Part shown: positions 49,687-63,835 of the stretch, piece after piece
Layout: each line of letters begins with the position of its first letter
Position numbering within the stretch: the stretch's first letter is position 1
Origin: Azolla caroliniana
Lineage: Eukaryota; Plantae; Polypodiophyta
Length of the DNA stretch: 64,000 nt
Assembly (NCBI GenBank): GCA_043228905.1
Contig: JBHGNT010000016.1
Location: forward strand, 18,538,001 to 18,602,000
Direction: 5' to 3'
Notes under the pieces: generated by a model
What the model was told of the DNA's origin: nothing
Seen by the model: only the letters and a program-made list of their open reading frames with translations
Database searches by the model: none
Made by a program: the position numbers and the translations under genes

Positions 49687-52600
49687 ATGACGATGGCCAA
49701 ATCCAGTGGGGGTTTCCCTTACAGATGGGTACCTCTTCTGTGTATCCTCTGCTTCTCTATGGGAATGCTATTTTCCAACAGGTCAGTTCCCTCTCCTTCT
49801 CCCTCTATCGGTATAGACAGACAGACAGACAGACAGACAGATAGATACATACATACATACGTTACATACACACATGCATGTATACGTATGTACACTCATA
49901 GACTCCCGGAATTTTGAGTAGTTTCAAAGATTTATCATTTTGAGGTGAAATGTTTGAATTGCAATACAGATGGATGCTGCTGGAGACCGACAAATTCATG
50001 GATCCTGCAACTGGGATAAGAGTATGTCCAATATTTTTCTCTAAATCCATTGAGAGAGAGAGAGAGGGGGGGGGGGGGGGGCGGGGAGGATTTAAGGACT
50101 GAAAAAGGTCAAAGTTACCAAAATTACAAACTGTCATCAGAAACATGATACAAGTGTCGGATATGAGCTTGAGAAAAAAGAAGGTCTACTGCTAGATCTG
50201 AGAAACAGGAATTCGGGGATAATGTATATGGACAGAAACATCATCATGATAGACTAGAGAGTATAACATGAGGAGCAAGATAAACAAATGCAGCACCTGA
50301 GGGTGTAACCTAACTGGTTTTGGGGCTCAAATCCTAAAATGATAACAGTGGGGTCCTGTCCAAGGTGGGTTCACAAGCACTATCCGTGAACCCATGACAC
50401 TGGGCTCAAATCCTAAAATGACAACAATGCCGTTCTTTCCAAGGCGGGTTCACAAGCCGTGTCCAACAGGATGGTGTTTGCTTGTGTATGAATGTGCACG
50501 GTGTTGTCTGTCTAGCAACATCATAACACCAACTGTTTATTTTGCATTGTCAGCATCTATGTTGTACAAATAGGATGATCACGTCGGTGCAATATAGTAG
50601 TAGTCTTCATTGACAGTCATGCTTGCAATTTTCAGAACTCTAGAGCCTTACGGGGACTATTTATCATTGTACTTTCAATATTAACATGAGCTGTGCAGGT
50701 AGAAAAATCATACCTTGGATTCTGCTGGCACTTTGTTGTTTCTGAACCTACAAAGTTGTAGGTAGGATTACCTAGAAAAGAAGCCAATGTTTGGAAAGGG
50801 GATTATGGTACATTTGAAAGACTAAGCTTCAGACCAGAGATAATGGAAGGTGGAAAAAGTATACACTGTTAATAAAGGAGAGATCCATCATGTTCATTGT
50901 CTAGGAATGACTTTCCTACACGCTGTCAATGAATACAAAATGTTAAATAGCAAAACAAACTGAGGCAATCTGGCTTCTAAAACCCTAAATTCTAAAAACA
51001 GAAAGAATAGTGGCAAATCAACATCTGAACCAAATCCTTGGAACACTCTGAATGAAAGATTGTATTGGTGTGGTTTCAATTAGAGAGCACACATTTTTTC
51101 TTATAATCTGGAATTTGTCCATATGCTGTTTGTATGTAATTCACATGACAGCAATCTGATTGATTTGTTTTGCGATTCTTTTCCATGGATCTGGTTTTCA
51201 TACAAAGGGCATTTCAAGAACACATTCCACTCAAAGGTTTGTATGATAGTTGCATCATTCTCTTTTCAAAGCTCCTAGAGTAATCTTGAATCATGAATAC
51301 AGCGTGTGGGGATAATGTGGTGACAAATTACAATGCATGGACATTTGACAGCTCAATGTTAGATGCAGACTTAGAGTCAAACATTTGGAGAAGAAGTTTA
51401 AGTGCAACTTCTAATAGAAACCACACAATGTTCATGGTAATTGGGATTAACACTGCATTTAGCAGTCGAAAACGCCGTGACTCTGTACGACAGACATGGA
51501 TGCCAACAGGTGAATCACCATCATTGCTCTGTAAGGCTAGTGTATACAAACACAGCCATTGTTTTAATCTTCTTTTGATGCAGGTGAGAAACTGAGACAA
51601 CTGGAAGAAGAGAAGGGGATTGTTATCAGATTTGTAATTGGTCAGGGGTGAGAAATCTTCTGCAAACCTACTAATACATATGCACATGCAGACATATTTC
51701 CCACACCTTGTTTTGTAGACCTATTGTCAAAGGCGTACATGCATGATGCACTCTTTCTTATTTTCCTCTTTCTTTGAAGAAAATAAAACCATACAATTGT
51801 TTCCAATTGTGCATCTATATTTGGAGCTGATTGGTCTATACTCGTTATTGCAATATTAATCCATATAAAAAAAATCATAAAAAGGAAGTCTCAACTCATT
51901 GTAAACTCATTGAGCTTATTTTCATTTGTGCATCCACATGTGAAGCCAATCAGTCGAGGTGTGTTTTTGGTATTTTGCAATTTGTCCATTGCAAATCATC
52001 TACAAGTGTGGTTGAAGATACACGATGCTTTGTTGGTGAAGCTAATCAGTTGATTTCTTCATAGCTAGATAGTCTCTTTTGGTTCTTTCAATCTTATAAT
52101 AGGTACCTAAAAAAGTATTTATTTTGTCGTATGCATATTGCAGCTCAACTCCAAATGGCATACTGAATCGCGCTATCCAAGCAGAGGAGTCTCAACATCA
52201 TGATTTCTTAAGACTAGTGAGTATGACCTATAATTCAATTTGATGCACTTACAAATGTCGATTTGGGGTGGGGAAAAAGGTTAATATTGGTGCAAATTAT
52301 ACATAATTTTTGACAGGAACATGTGGAAGGGTACCATGAATTATCTGCCAAGACAAAAATATTCTTTGCTACTGCTGTATCATTATGGGATGCAGATTAC
52401 TATGTAAAAGTTGACGATGATGTCCATGTCAATCTAGGTGATATGATCATGTAGAATAATATTTCTAAAAGCTGCTTATATACATTAGGGACTAGTGAAT
52501 GACATTGACATAAACAAGAATGTGAATACCTAACCAGTTTTTTGTAGAGATTGCAAATTGGAATCTGTCTGCATTTATTCTTCTCAGCTATCAATTTATC

Positions 52601-54053
52601 TTTGTAGGTGAACTTGGTGCTACCCTTGCTCGTCACCGGAACAAGTCTCGTGTGTACATAGGGTGCATGAAAGGTGGTCCTGTCCTTGCACAAAAGTAAG
52701 CATTATAATAAGCCCCATTGAGATGAAAAAGAAAAATACAATCACACACATACGTGTATATAACTTTGGGTAAGTATATGTATAATGAGCCCCATTGAGA
52801 TGAAAAATAAAAATACAATCACACACATAAGTATAATTATATATATAAATACAACAGACAGATATAAGTAAATAAATGATGTCAATGGTCTCATAACCAA
52901 AACATTATCAGGGAATCAAAATATTATGAGCCTGAAAGTTGGAAGTTTGGAGGGCAAGGTAACAAGTACTTCAAGCATGCAACAGGGCAATTGTATGCAA
53001 TCTCAAACGAGCTAGCTCTTTACATTCATAAGAATCTGTGAGTTCTATTTGTAATCCCCAGCTTGTTGCTTTAAATTGAAAAGATTTTGCAAGGTCTTGA
53101 AAGGTGCAAGTATTTTGTTGTTGAGTTATTGCTGTATGCATTCATTCATTTGTGAAGAGTCTTATTGTGAGTTTTTTTGGCAGTAACATTTTACACAAGT
53201 ATGCGAATGAGGATGTATCTTTGGGGTCATGGTTCATTGGTCTTAATGTGGTCCATATCGATGATCGGAGGATGTGCTGTAGCACCACGGGTATGGAACA
53301 ATCTTTTGTATATTTATACATATTGCATACATCCACCAGTGGACAATTTCCCCTAGTTTCTTTGTTATTCTCAAAATTTGCATGTCGTTCCCAGCTATTG
53401 AGAGGCGAGATGCTCAAATTTATCTCTAATATGACTTGGTCAGATAATGTTTTCATAATCTCAAAATCATCTTATATCCTTCAATGGAAGTAATTGCAGT
53501 AGTGGTTTACAGCAATAGCTTATAGGGGCAAATGCCAAAATGCCCATGAGGTTTTCTTACTTTCTCCAAAATGCTCCTAAGTTATCATTATTTTCCTGAA
53601 TGTCCTTGGCTGATCCCCATCTCGGGCAATTAAATGTGCTGTTTGAGCAATTACATGTACATTTCACCATCTTCTCAATTACATTTGCTATTTTGAGCAA
53701 TTAAATGGGCGTTTCATTCTTCCTCTTCGCTGTTTTTGGGGTGGGAAATAATGAAATTCAGGGGCATGTGAGGAAATAAAGAAAAATGCAGGGAGTTTTG
53801 CACCAACTTATAGAAGTAGTGGGGAACCTTGCTTGTATATGCAAAATCCCATCCCAGTCTTGGGTTTCTCTAACTAGTTTCTTTATGTTTATTTTAATGG
53901 ACAGATTGTGAGTGGAAATTGCAAGGCGGCAACACATGTGTTGCCTCCTTCGACTGGGCATGCAGTGGGGTTTGTAGGTCTGTGGAAAGGCTGAAGAGTG
54001 TTCATAAAAAATGTGGAGAAGATGAGCATGCTTTATGGAAATCTGTATTCTAA
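49687..54053 (+). CDS. GT31 family beta-1,3-galactosyltransferase (B3GALT-like), multi-exon
   Basis: N-terminal TM anchor ([20 protein letters not shown]). Spliced exons give [131 protein letters not shown] and [13 protein letters not shown]. Stop TAA 54051-54053. Stem-region exons between 50022 and 51350 are uncertain. Confidence 0.92.
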
Positions 54054-54349
54054 GACAACTATCACGACCCAATTTGTATTCCAAAGAAAGATTACTGGCA
54101 CTGTGTTAGTGTATGGAATGTGAAAATGCCCATCTGAGTGAAGATGTATGCTTGGAGCATACACAAAATCTGTAGTTCCCCAGAGGTTTCAACCCATTAC
54201 TTTGTGTGCAACCACGGAGACACAGCATCTGGGGGATAGGATATGCTAAGGTTATGCTATACTCAAAGCTTATGTTTATCTTTGGCAATTTTGGTTCAAT
54301 CGAATGGGGGCTTGATTAGCAGCTGCAAAAACCTGAAAAGCAGTTATTT

Positions 54350-54428
54350 TTGGGGGTGAGGAGTTGAATCCATGGCCTATAACTATCGAGGTAAGGGCCT
54401 CAACCATGAGGGCAACCAACCCCCCTTG
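54350..54428 (-). mobile_element. Short tRNA-derived SINE-like fragment
   Basis: Minus strand GGGGGTTGGTTGCCCTCATGGTTGAGG...CATGGATTCAACTCCTCACCCCC-AAAAA, with A-box- and B-box-like motifs at tRNA spacing. Confidence 0.4.
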
Positions 54429-55099
54429 TCTGTTCATTTCATTCTTGCAATTCTGTGTTATGCTGTAATACTACTGCATCTTTTTTTTTTGTATTGTAAT
54501 GGTCATTGGTGACCTGCATTGTTCTGTAATTGTATTTGACTTGGAAGCATGATTTTGATTCTTAACTAACTGGACTGCACTTTATGTGGACTCGGCTTTA
54601 TTATGATGTAAGGCTAATGTACTTCGAAAAAAACAATGATGCAATTTTCTCACTGGTCTTGTGTCACTTCATCTGTGTGTCCCTGCTCTTCATCACATGA
54701 AAATTATACAGAGTTTTATACGAGGCATCACTTAATTATGCTGCCTCTACAAGCTTTCAAGCCTGGCAATATAAAATTTAGAAACAATTACCATATTATG
54801 CTTGTTTTCAAAGTGAAGGCTCTTCATAACATGAAAATTATGATTGAACACACCATTAAAGCTTGAGAAGAGTTATTTGAGTTAAATGGAAGATAATCTT
54901 ACTGTAATTAGAAAATCATTTTTGCCAATGACATGGTCTAATAACTTGGCGCTCTTGAGTTAGCTCAATTGATTTGAAACAAGAGTATAATTTGCAAATT
55001 ATGATTCTAATTAGAGGAAGGCAAGAGTGCTTTTTATTTCTTATGCTTCTAAGCTTGTTACGGGCAAATGTTACCATATCAATTCTTCATTAGCAATTA

Positions 55100-56000
55100 A
55101 GTCTGTCTCTTAATATGACAATTGAGTGGCATCATTTGAGATGATGACATATCATCAAAGATTCTTCTGAAATGTGGTTAACTTCATGAAGCGCAACCTT
55201 TTGATTAGTGATCCATAAGGTGCATACTTCCCAATTTGTTGTCATTGTTTGAACTTGTAGGAAGCCATGGTCATTCGCTCTCAAACATGGCATAATGAAA
55301 GGTGCATCCACCAAACATCATACATTCGCAGTGATCTAACAATGCTATCCCACCAAGTTATTTTGGCATACAAATATGGCTCCAAGTTACATAAGGGCGG
55401 CCCAAAATTGCTCCCACAATGTGAACTTCAGTAAGGTTGCTAGATTTTCAATAGTTGCTTTCAACCAAGGCAACAATGGTAAAAAGTAGGATATCATAGA
55501 GTGACGATTGATTGAACTACTTTTAATCTAACATGAAAGGGGCATGATTGTGATTTCCGGTACATAATTGTTTTTCGATAATGTGTTTGGACATCATGCT
55601 AAGAATTTCCCATTAGACACATCATTGCTAATAGGATAACACACGTGATGACAAATCATACCACATTGAACTAATTTTGGTATCTAACCAAGAGTCTCCA
55701 ATTGTCTTTTCGTACATGAGGTGAAAACAAATTTTTGAATATTGATCTTCATACCGAAGGCTATAACAAATGATTTCCAAACTTGCAGATGCAAATATAG
55801 TTTGCATATTGCATGAGACAAGTTATTACTACTCAATAGAGAGCACGATTTCATGCCAACAAGCATTGGCAACCTCATGTACTTAACCCTAAATAGATAA
55901 TATTTCTATGTGTATTTTTAAACTCCTAAGACTTTGTCTATAGGTAAGTGTGGTAAATTAACCCCACAAGTTTGTAAGATCTTTCTTAGTTCTCAAACAT
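55100..56000 (-). mobile_element. Degenerate LINE reverse-transcriptase fragment
   Basis: 55684-55878(-) SLLSSNNL....LYLHLQVWKSFVIAFGMKINIQK resembles the LLFADDL...LQ..L..L..F....GM.IN..K region of a LINE RT. Boundaries are uncertain. Confidence 0.4.
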
Positions 56001-58222
56001 ATTGGTTTATTTACCTAATTCATCAATATATTAGTTGGTAAAGCACATCAAAACACACTTCCCTCAATTAGACATTACAAGACTACAATATTTTAAAGTG
56101 GGGGAGTATTTTACGTGCATAACCATAACTGATCATGAACCAGGTTTTCCATAGTTTTCCTAAACTCAAGATGAATACACGTGGGTTAATTCTGAAAGGA
56201 ATGAGGGTTTGAAATGCATTATTCAATTCTATGGTGCTGGATAGCTATTAAGTGTGTTATCACTTGACTACTTTAAATAAAGCATTCAAGTGTGAATACA
56301 CTAGGGCCTAGGGTTTCTCCCTACATACAAAGACTAGCTACCTTATTATGAAGTAAGGCTTTACTTATGTTGAGACTATGACAATGTGGCTATGGTGCTT
56401 GTTAGCTAAGCAAGTGTGTTCCTTGCAGAAACCAAGGTATGGCTCGCATCAACCCGCGATGGTATGGGACATCAAGGAGGTATGGGTCCATCTCATGTTG
56501 TTGCTAGGGGGTGGTCGGGTGGTTTGGCACCCCTCTTTCCTTTCTTTGGTCTATAATTCCGTATGTTTTGCTTAATTAATTAGTTAGACTCTAACACTAC
56601 CCATATCCTTGGCACACCGACAAGTACGCGCAAACCCATGGCATAGATAGTAATTACAATCGAGGCAACTAAAAGTGGCGTATGCATCAAAGAAATGAAG
56701 TACACTTTCTACCAAGGTGAGCTCAAGGAAGAAGTTTACATTCTTGTAAGGGGTGCTATTAGTAGTGTTGAGGTTGTTAGGGCTTCTTGTCCCTAACATA
56801 GGTGTTTGGAGGCCTTCCATGGAAAGCCCAAAGGTCATTATTACATTGGGCTTAGTGTGGGCGTACCATTTTGCTTATTCCTCTCTATTAGGGATACCAA
56901 CATTTGGAAGAATTTGAGAACCATAGGGTTGAGTTGTGCTCCTAAAGTGCATCCACTATTTTGCTAGTCAAAGCCAACAATGGTTTTCTAAAAAGCAAGT
57001 AGACATGAATAGGAAACTAGCAACTCTTTTCATTGGTATTTTTCCAACCCTACGATAAATGTTCCAAAAATGTGACATTGTCAAGTACACTTTTGCCATA
57101 CCTTTATATGCATAACTAGAATTAATGATACTGAAAAACTTATCAATCATGTTGGAACATGTTTAATGAGCCTAAATCTATGTGCACATTTACCATTGTT
57201 TAAAACATGTTTACCACTAGCATCCTAGTATTTTGTCAAGCCATATATGAGAGGTTGAGAATACTCATTGAACATACCTGAAAGCTGGTACATAATTCTG
57301 AATTGTCCTTTCCATTTTCACATAATTCACATCTTTAAAAATCTATGAAAGAAGCTTAATTTAGGGGCATGCCTCTTTCATTATGGTGGTAAAGGATGTC
57401 CTCAATGACAATGACAGCAACATTCAGTGAAACTTAATTCAGGGGTGTAATGACAACAACATTCAATGATGAATGATGTGTAATTATTGGAGAAACAAAT
57501 GCCACAAAGTTATGAGAACCCATTAGTCCTAAGTTGCACAACATTTAACATTCAAAGCAATGAGAATAAAAGTTCACAATGAAAAGATAATGTCACCTTT
57601 TCTTTCTTTGCCTATTAGGTTCATTCTAATCTCAAAACATTTCTTGATTAAATTTAATGGGTCACAAACGTGTGCATTATGCTTTTAAATTAAAGTCAAC
57701 GGGGTTTGGAGTATTTGTGTTTAGGCCTCAGTGTCACGCAATACATGCTTCAAGACATTAAGCATCCACTGCAAATGTGTTCAATATTTCTTGTTCCATA
57801 GACACAAACATAATACCAAAAGGATGTAAATTAAACATCGTTTCCTTTTAATAACCCGGGAAAAACTAGAAAAAACATGGATTATATAGACTGCTTGCAT
57901 GTATTTTTACTACATTGAGAGCTAGGGAGTATGGCCTATTTACTAGTAAAATCTTGGAAGGTAGTTTTGTTACCATATGAAAAGTAGATTTACAGAAAAG
58001 AATAAGGCCTAGCGGTTTGGGCCTTTGCTCCGTCAGCCGGTAGATATAGTATTGGCACTACTTTGGTTGAGATTGTTGAAGATTTCTTGTCATCTTGTTA
58101 CAAATCAAAGATAGAATGCCATCATTTCCCTTAATCTTGATACAAAAAACATTTTGTTCTAGGGCGTTTCTAGTTTTGAGGAATAGAAAAGTTTCCACTG
58201 GAAAGATTAACAAACAAATCTC

Positions 58223-61200
58223 TCACAACTGTGTGGTGACTTGCTGTAGCTTCCTTTTCACAAAAAAATCATGCCGACCCACTGCATTAGATTCGAGAAG
58301 TACAGTTTTACTGTATTTACATTTACCTTCTTCTTTTTTGTCATCTTGTTCTGCCTCCCTGCATGAGTTGAAAATAAAAATCATTTGAAACAATGATTAT
58401 GAAAAATTACTATATTACGAAATCATACTACATTAAGAAACCAGGGTTATGAAAATTATTCAAGCCGAACTTCTAACCAATGCACGTCAATCCCATCTTT
58501 CGCAATTATCGATTTGCATGTTTCCCAGCTAAACCGTACAAGCGTCGGAAAACCAAAGATGTTGTTTCTATGCTTTTGCAACCACTCTTTTGTAACCGGA
58601 TCTAAAAAGTCAAATAAATACATACATCACAACCTTTTCAAAAAAGAGAAAACATAGCATTGTTTGACGTAACACAAATACCAATGCATTACCCCCGGGA
58701 TAACCAGAGCCAAACTCTCGATTGATCTCCACATTCTTCTCTTGCATGACCCACTCTTTTAATGCTCGATCTCTAGTGACCTGCACAAATATGATTTAAC
58801 CTCACATCCCTCTCTATCTATCTACTCTCTCTTGGAACATATATGTGCATATATACTCGCTTGTATAGGTATATATATACTTAACTAGTACTTTCTTTGG
58901 ATCAGTACTGGTTACTCATGATGAGGAAGTTAGATTAGAAATATGTTTTTCTTGCGTTACTCAATTTGATGGGTTGACATAACAAGTCATAATTCTTGGT
59001 TAGGTCTCACAGGCTGTAATAATCTTGTAAAGATATATATTATATACATATATTTCTTTCTTTCTTTCTTCTTTGCACGTTTCAGCACATAAAATTTATT
59101 AGCATGTTTCTAAATATCTGTGTTGAAAGACTAGTAATAACCTTGGCAGCAATGCTGGCAGCACTAACAATTGGAAAGAGACTATCAGCTTTCTTGGCAA
59201 CTTTGAAGGTGATCCCGGGAAACTTCTGGGAAAGTTGAGCCTCATATTTCTCTGCATCACCAACAGTGTCCACAAATACCTATAGATCCATTTGAGATCA
59301 TGTAAAAGAAATCTTTCCAATATACACAATCATAACACCGTTTGGAGACATTATCTTATAGTCCTATACCACTATAGATGCATAAAATGCAACCTAGTTT
59401 GTTTGTCGTACAAGAAAATATTAAAAAGTAAGAAAACCTCATAATAATATACATGGCCAGCTATTGATAACATACCTGAGTTATAAAGATTCCCGCATTG
59501 AGAACTTGACGAATGAGGCCAATTGCTGAGTTATGAGAGATAAGATTTAAGTTTGTTTTCTCCCTGATTAAAAATTTATAAGACAAAATAAGGTTCCACA
59601 ACGAACTGTTTGCTTTTCAAAGACATTGAATTTAGTAAAAACTCCAAAATCGCCCTGAACCATATGTCCAATATTTCCCCAAATGCTCCAAGTTTTTGTT
59701 AATTCTCCAAATGCCTTTAGTTGATCCCATCTCCAAAAACTATATATGGTCTTTGAGGAATTTGATGGTCAATTCATCTCCTTTTTTCTCAATATGTGTC
59801 ACTTGAGCAATTATACAATTAATTCATTCCCTTTTCTCTTTTTTGGGGGGATGACCAGGTCAATTGGGAAATAGAAAAGGCTCAACTCAGGGGATTTTGG
59901 AGTTTTTCCCCAGGACTTATGCTTAGAAATATTTCTAACTTTGCAAGCATCAATGAGGATAGAACCCTGGGATCAATCACATCCACTGCCCAGCCCATGG
60001 ATTTATCAGATTTCATGGACTCAAACAGTTCTTCCCGCTTCGATTCTTTCAAAGTTTTTGAATCTGCAACCAAAATAGTCCACAGTATGTTTAAAAATGC
60101 ATGTTTAAGGCAGAATAATTATATCATGAGATGCAGACATAAATACAAGTCATGGTTTACACACACAAAAAAAAAAAAAAAAAAATCGGAAGAATAAAAA
60201 GAATGCATTGAAGCTTTTTTTCACCTGCGTATTCGAGAGAAGCGAGAGTATCTTTGTAAGTAAGCGGGCAGTAAGCACATGCATAAACCATGGGACCTGA
60301 ATAAGCACAAATTAACATTGAGGGACAGAAAAACAAATGAAAAAATTCAAAAAACAGATCAAATACCTCTATCTAGAGAGCAAGAGATAGAGATATATCC
60401 TATTTCAGTTCCACAGATTGTTATTTTAGGATCCCTGGTGTCTCTCTCTTTTTTTCTTTCACAAATGTATGTTTATAATTAAAAAAATATCACAACACAA
60501 CAAACCATGTTATCCAGGATCTTATCTCTCTATCCATCTAACTAGCTCTCTCTCATCAAGATTCTAACTTTTATGCTTGTTTGGATACAGATCGACCCCT
60601 GCCCAATCTAGAAGACGATATCCCTTATTTCAAGGCCAAGGGAAAACTTATTATAGTTGGTGACATGCAGGCTCATACAAGAAGTTTGCAACTTGATGCA
60701 CAACTAGGAGTCCGTAACAGCTTGGCTTAAGGCTGAACCGAGCTGTTAAACTGTTTTTAACCCTTTAGTGGTTTGGTGGTTCAGTTCAGGCTTGAATTTC
60801 CTTAACCAGTTTGAGCTTGGTTTGGGATGTTTCAAGTCAAACCGAACCATTTTGGGCTAAACCGTTCCAAACCGGTTAAGACTTAATTGATTTAGCTAAA
60901 CCCGTTTAGGAGCTGGTTGAATTCAGGTTTGAAAACTCCCAAACCTGTTAAGGCTTAATCGGTTTGCTTTGGACAAGGCCAAACGGGTTAAGCCGAAACC
61001 AAACCATTGCCAATTCCTATGCACAACCATCTTTTGTGTCAGATATATCAAGAATTCAAGAGGATAGACAAATGTATAGTTGTTCTCAGCATGAAAAAGA
61101 TTTAGATCAATATGGGAAATTACTTCTACAAATGTGTAATGGTGCTAAAATTACTTCTACGAATGTGCACTCCCAAGAGCCTTGTGCCATAGTACATCCA

Positions 61201-62073
61201 TATGGAATCCAGGGCTCCCCAAGTATTTGTGGACACAAATAGAGAATTCGAGTATGATATTGTCATAAATGATACAAAGCAAAGTATCCACCCCATATGA
61301 GATCATCCATGCTGGATTGGCAACACTCGCCATGATGGTAGAAGTATTATTTCAGGCATTAAACCTCATCCACCAGATTTGAATCATGCACCTCAGATAA
61401 TTACACATAATGCATTTGAAGCATGCATTGATGCAAATATCAACAACAAAACATGTAGAAACATCGTGGTATTCACAGGTGATGAAGTGATTCAACAGCA
61501 ATCACCTCAACATCAAGAAGTTTCCACTCTTTCAATAATGTACACCTCTACATGCCCCACAGGACTCACAAAGAAGTAGGCCAAGTCAAAATTTCCTCCC
61601 ACCAACAAGAGATCAAGGCAAGACGAGCACTTCTCTTACCTAAAGCTGAAATATGTTGCAAATTATGTGAAGGAGAAATCAAAAGTGAGGAAACATTTGT
61701 GTCTAAGTGCCCAACTTGCAACCAATTCAGACAGAAGCATCCCACCCTCTACGGGGATTCCACCACCATTCAACAATGTGGCCAAATCTTGCTCAAGCTT
61801 CAAAAGCAAAGGGATGGCTCTTGTATTAGCATGCAAGATGTTACAACAATTGCACATCATTGATTTCTTCCCAACAAGCCATGATAGAGCGAGAAGAGGA
61901 ATGCCAACGATAATTGAGACCATGAATATCCGGATATAAATTATGTGAGCCATACCATTACCAGATCATGGAGACCAATGTTCACCATGTCTGATGTAGA
62001 TGAGGACAAACCCAGATTCACTTGTTCAACTTTGTCACAGTCTTATTTCCCGCACCAACCAACCTCAGATACA

Positions 62074-62117
<44 letters not shown>

Positions 62118-63208
62118 ATCTATTTATTTATCTCTCTCTAAGCAAAGCTTTCGTCCACTGTGCATGGCAATTGAATATCAAGACCACTGATGCCTTGGGA
62201 TTTTCTTGCTCGAATTCAAGATACACAAGGAGAAGTTGTTTACGGACAACAATACAGCCATAGAAGCTCATACCTTTCTTTAGACCCATCACTCCTACTC
62301 ATGCTACAAGTCACGCAAGGGTCACACAAATGAGTCCCAAGCAGGACATTGCAAAGGTGTTACAATAGATCAGGCAATGGCAAATTGTCGTGCACATAGG
62401 CCTGACTTCATGGACCATGATCTCACCACCCCTTTCATCGACAGAGAAAGGCCATTATCTCCCACCATTACAGGTGCTTCCCTCACTTCTGAAACTTCTC
62501 CATTCTGGATCGAACTAAGCTAGAGATATTTCAAAGACAAAAATGATCTATCTGTCATATCACTTTTCTCATTTGACAAACATTAATTAAGATTATTGAG
62601 GAGTTCCTACAGGGTTTTAAGTCTAGATTCCAAAAAAAGATCACATCAATAATCATTTCCGACACGACTTTTCAATCATCTACTCACTACAGAACCAAAC
62701 TCGTGGAAGATCCAAACAGAAAAACCTATCAACAACCATAGTCTTCCACATTTCCACTTTCACATTGTCTTGCTTTTCTACCCTTTTTATAAATTCCTGC
62801 CCCAACCACCAAACCCAACTGGAGAGAGTGCTCTCTCTGACGATTGTTTGATACCATAGGTTTTATGATAATATATGATCAGGCATGAGCATGAGCATAG
62901 AGCCCTTCTAATCTGTCTTGTCTACTGTAATTATTATTCATTTGTTTCATTTTCGTTTTCCTCAGAGAGAGAGGGACTTTAAATCAGTTTTCCGTGCAGT
63001 GTTAATCGATCAATCGGCTCCTTTCAATTTCTTTTCCCTTTCATCTGTTTCAGCATTGTAACTAATCATCCGTTGCCGTTTCCCCAGACTGACAGACACA
63101 GTAGTACAGAAAGAGCGGAGGGATTATCATACCTAGGACAGGTCCACGTCCAGCTTCGTCGATGCCGAGGAGGCATGGTTGGGAAGCCCAGGAGACAGCC
63201 ACCGCCAT
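58223..63208 (-). CDS. RNASEH2A: Ribonuclease H2 subunit A, 8 coding exons
   Basis: Exons 63208-63133, 60296-60225, 60063-59940, 59563-59476, 59279-59142, 58780-58693, 58601-58478 and 58358-58223. Motifs [58 protein letters not shown] and VRFSW. Confidence 0.95.
60565..61900 (+). mobile_element. Internally deleted LINE relic in RNase H2A intron 1 (APE endonuclease and C-terminal Cys/His region)
   Basis: [24 protein letters not shown] (GDFNART-like), [12 protein letters not shown], and [17 protein letters not shown]...[29 protein letters not shown]. Confidence 0.65.
60705..61019. mobile_element. hAT-superfamily MITE, 315 bp, inserted in the LINE relic
   Basis: Exact 8-bp TSD TGCACAAC (60697-60704 and 61020-61027). 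Termini TAGGAGTCCGTAA / TTGCCAATTCCTA. AACCG motifs. Confidence 0.88.
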
Positions 63209-63281
63209 CGCTCCTCTCTGTCTCTGTCTCTGTCTCTGTCTCTCACTGTGTAGAAATTTGAATGAACGAATCTACACTGTA

Positions 63282-63835
63282 TAGCGATGGGCACGGTTTG
63301 AACCGAAACCGAACCGTTTATATAAATGAATCAAAAGGTCTTAAATGAATCCAAAACACATACAAAGCTTTTTGAATGAATCTAAAACACATAAAAAAAG
63401 CATTTGAATGAATGAATCCTACACATTGCGATGGGCACGGTTCGGTTTGTTTTTAAGGCAAAGAAACCGAACCGTTTATATAAAACAAAAACCAAACCAA
63501 ACCGTTTAGGGAAAAGTTGAAACCAAACGGAACCATGTAATAAAAAATTTAAACCTAACCATTTAAATCAAACTAATTAAACATTTAAATAAACAAAAAT
63601 ACATTAAATTATATAAGCATTTAAGTTAAATTTATTAAATCAATAAATAAACCATTAAATTAACTAAATCGATAAAAACCCATTAAATTAATAAACTATT
63701 AAGCTAAAAACAAAGTTAACTAAAAACCTTTAAACCAAAACCGAACCGTTTATCGAAAAATCCAAACCATTAAATTTTTTTGGAACCATTAAACCATGGC
63801 TTAACGGTTCGGTTCAGTTTGAGCTGAAACCGTGC
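63282..63835 (+). mobile_element. hAT-type MITE with a duplicated left end, just upstream of the RNase H2A ATG
   Basis: GCGATGGGCACGGTT occurs at ~63284 and ~63428. Right end AACCGTGC at ~63829-63835. AACCG repeats and homology to 2971-3375. Confidence 0.75.

Noticed and set aside
49264-49700. Poly-E, poly-K, poly-L and poly-R ORFs; similar RE- and MYVC-repeat ORFs at 37357, 10630 and 25024
   Set aside because: Translations of microsatellites.
17931-63208. Functional cell-cycle cluster of DP and RNase H2A
   Set aside because: The genes are ~33 kb apart with an unrelated gene and TE blocks between them. Plant gene neighbourhood alone is not evidence.
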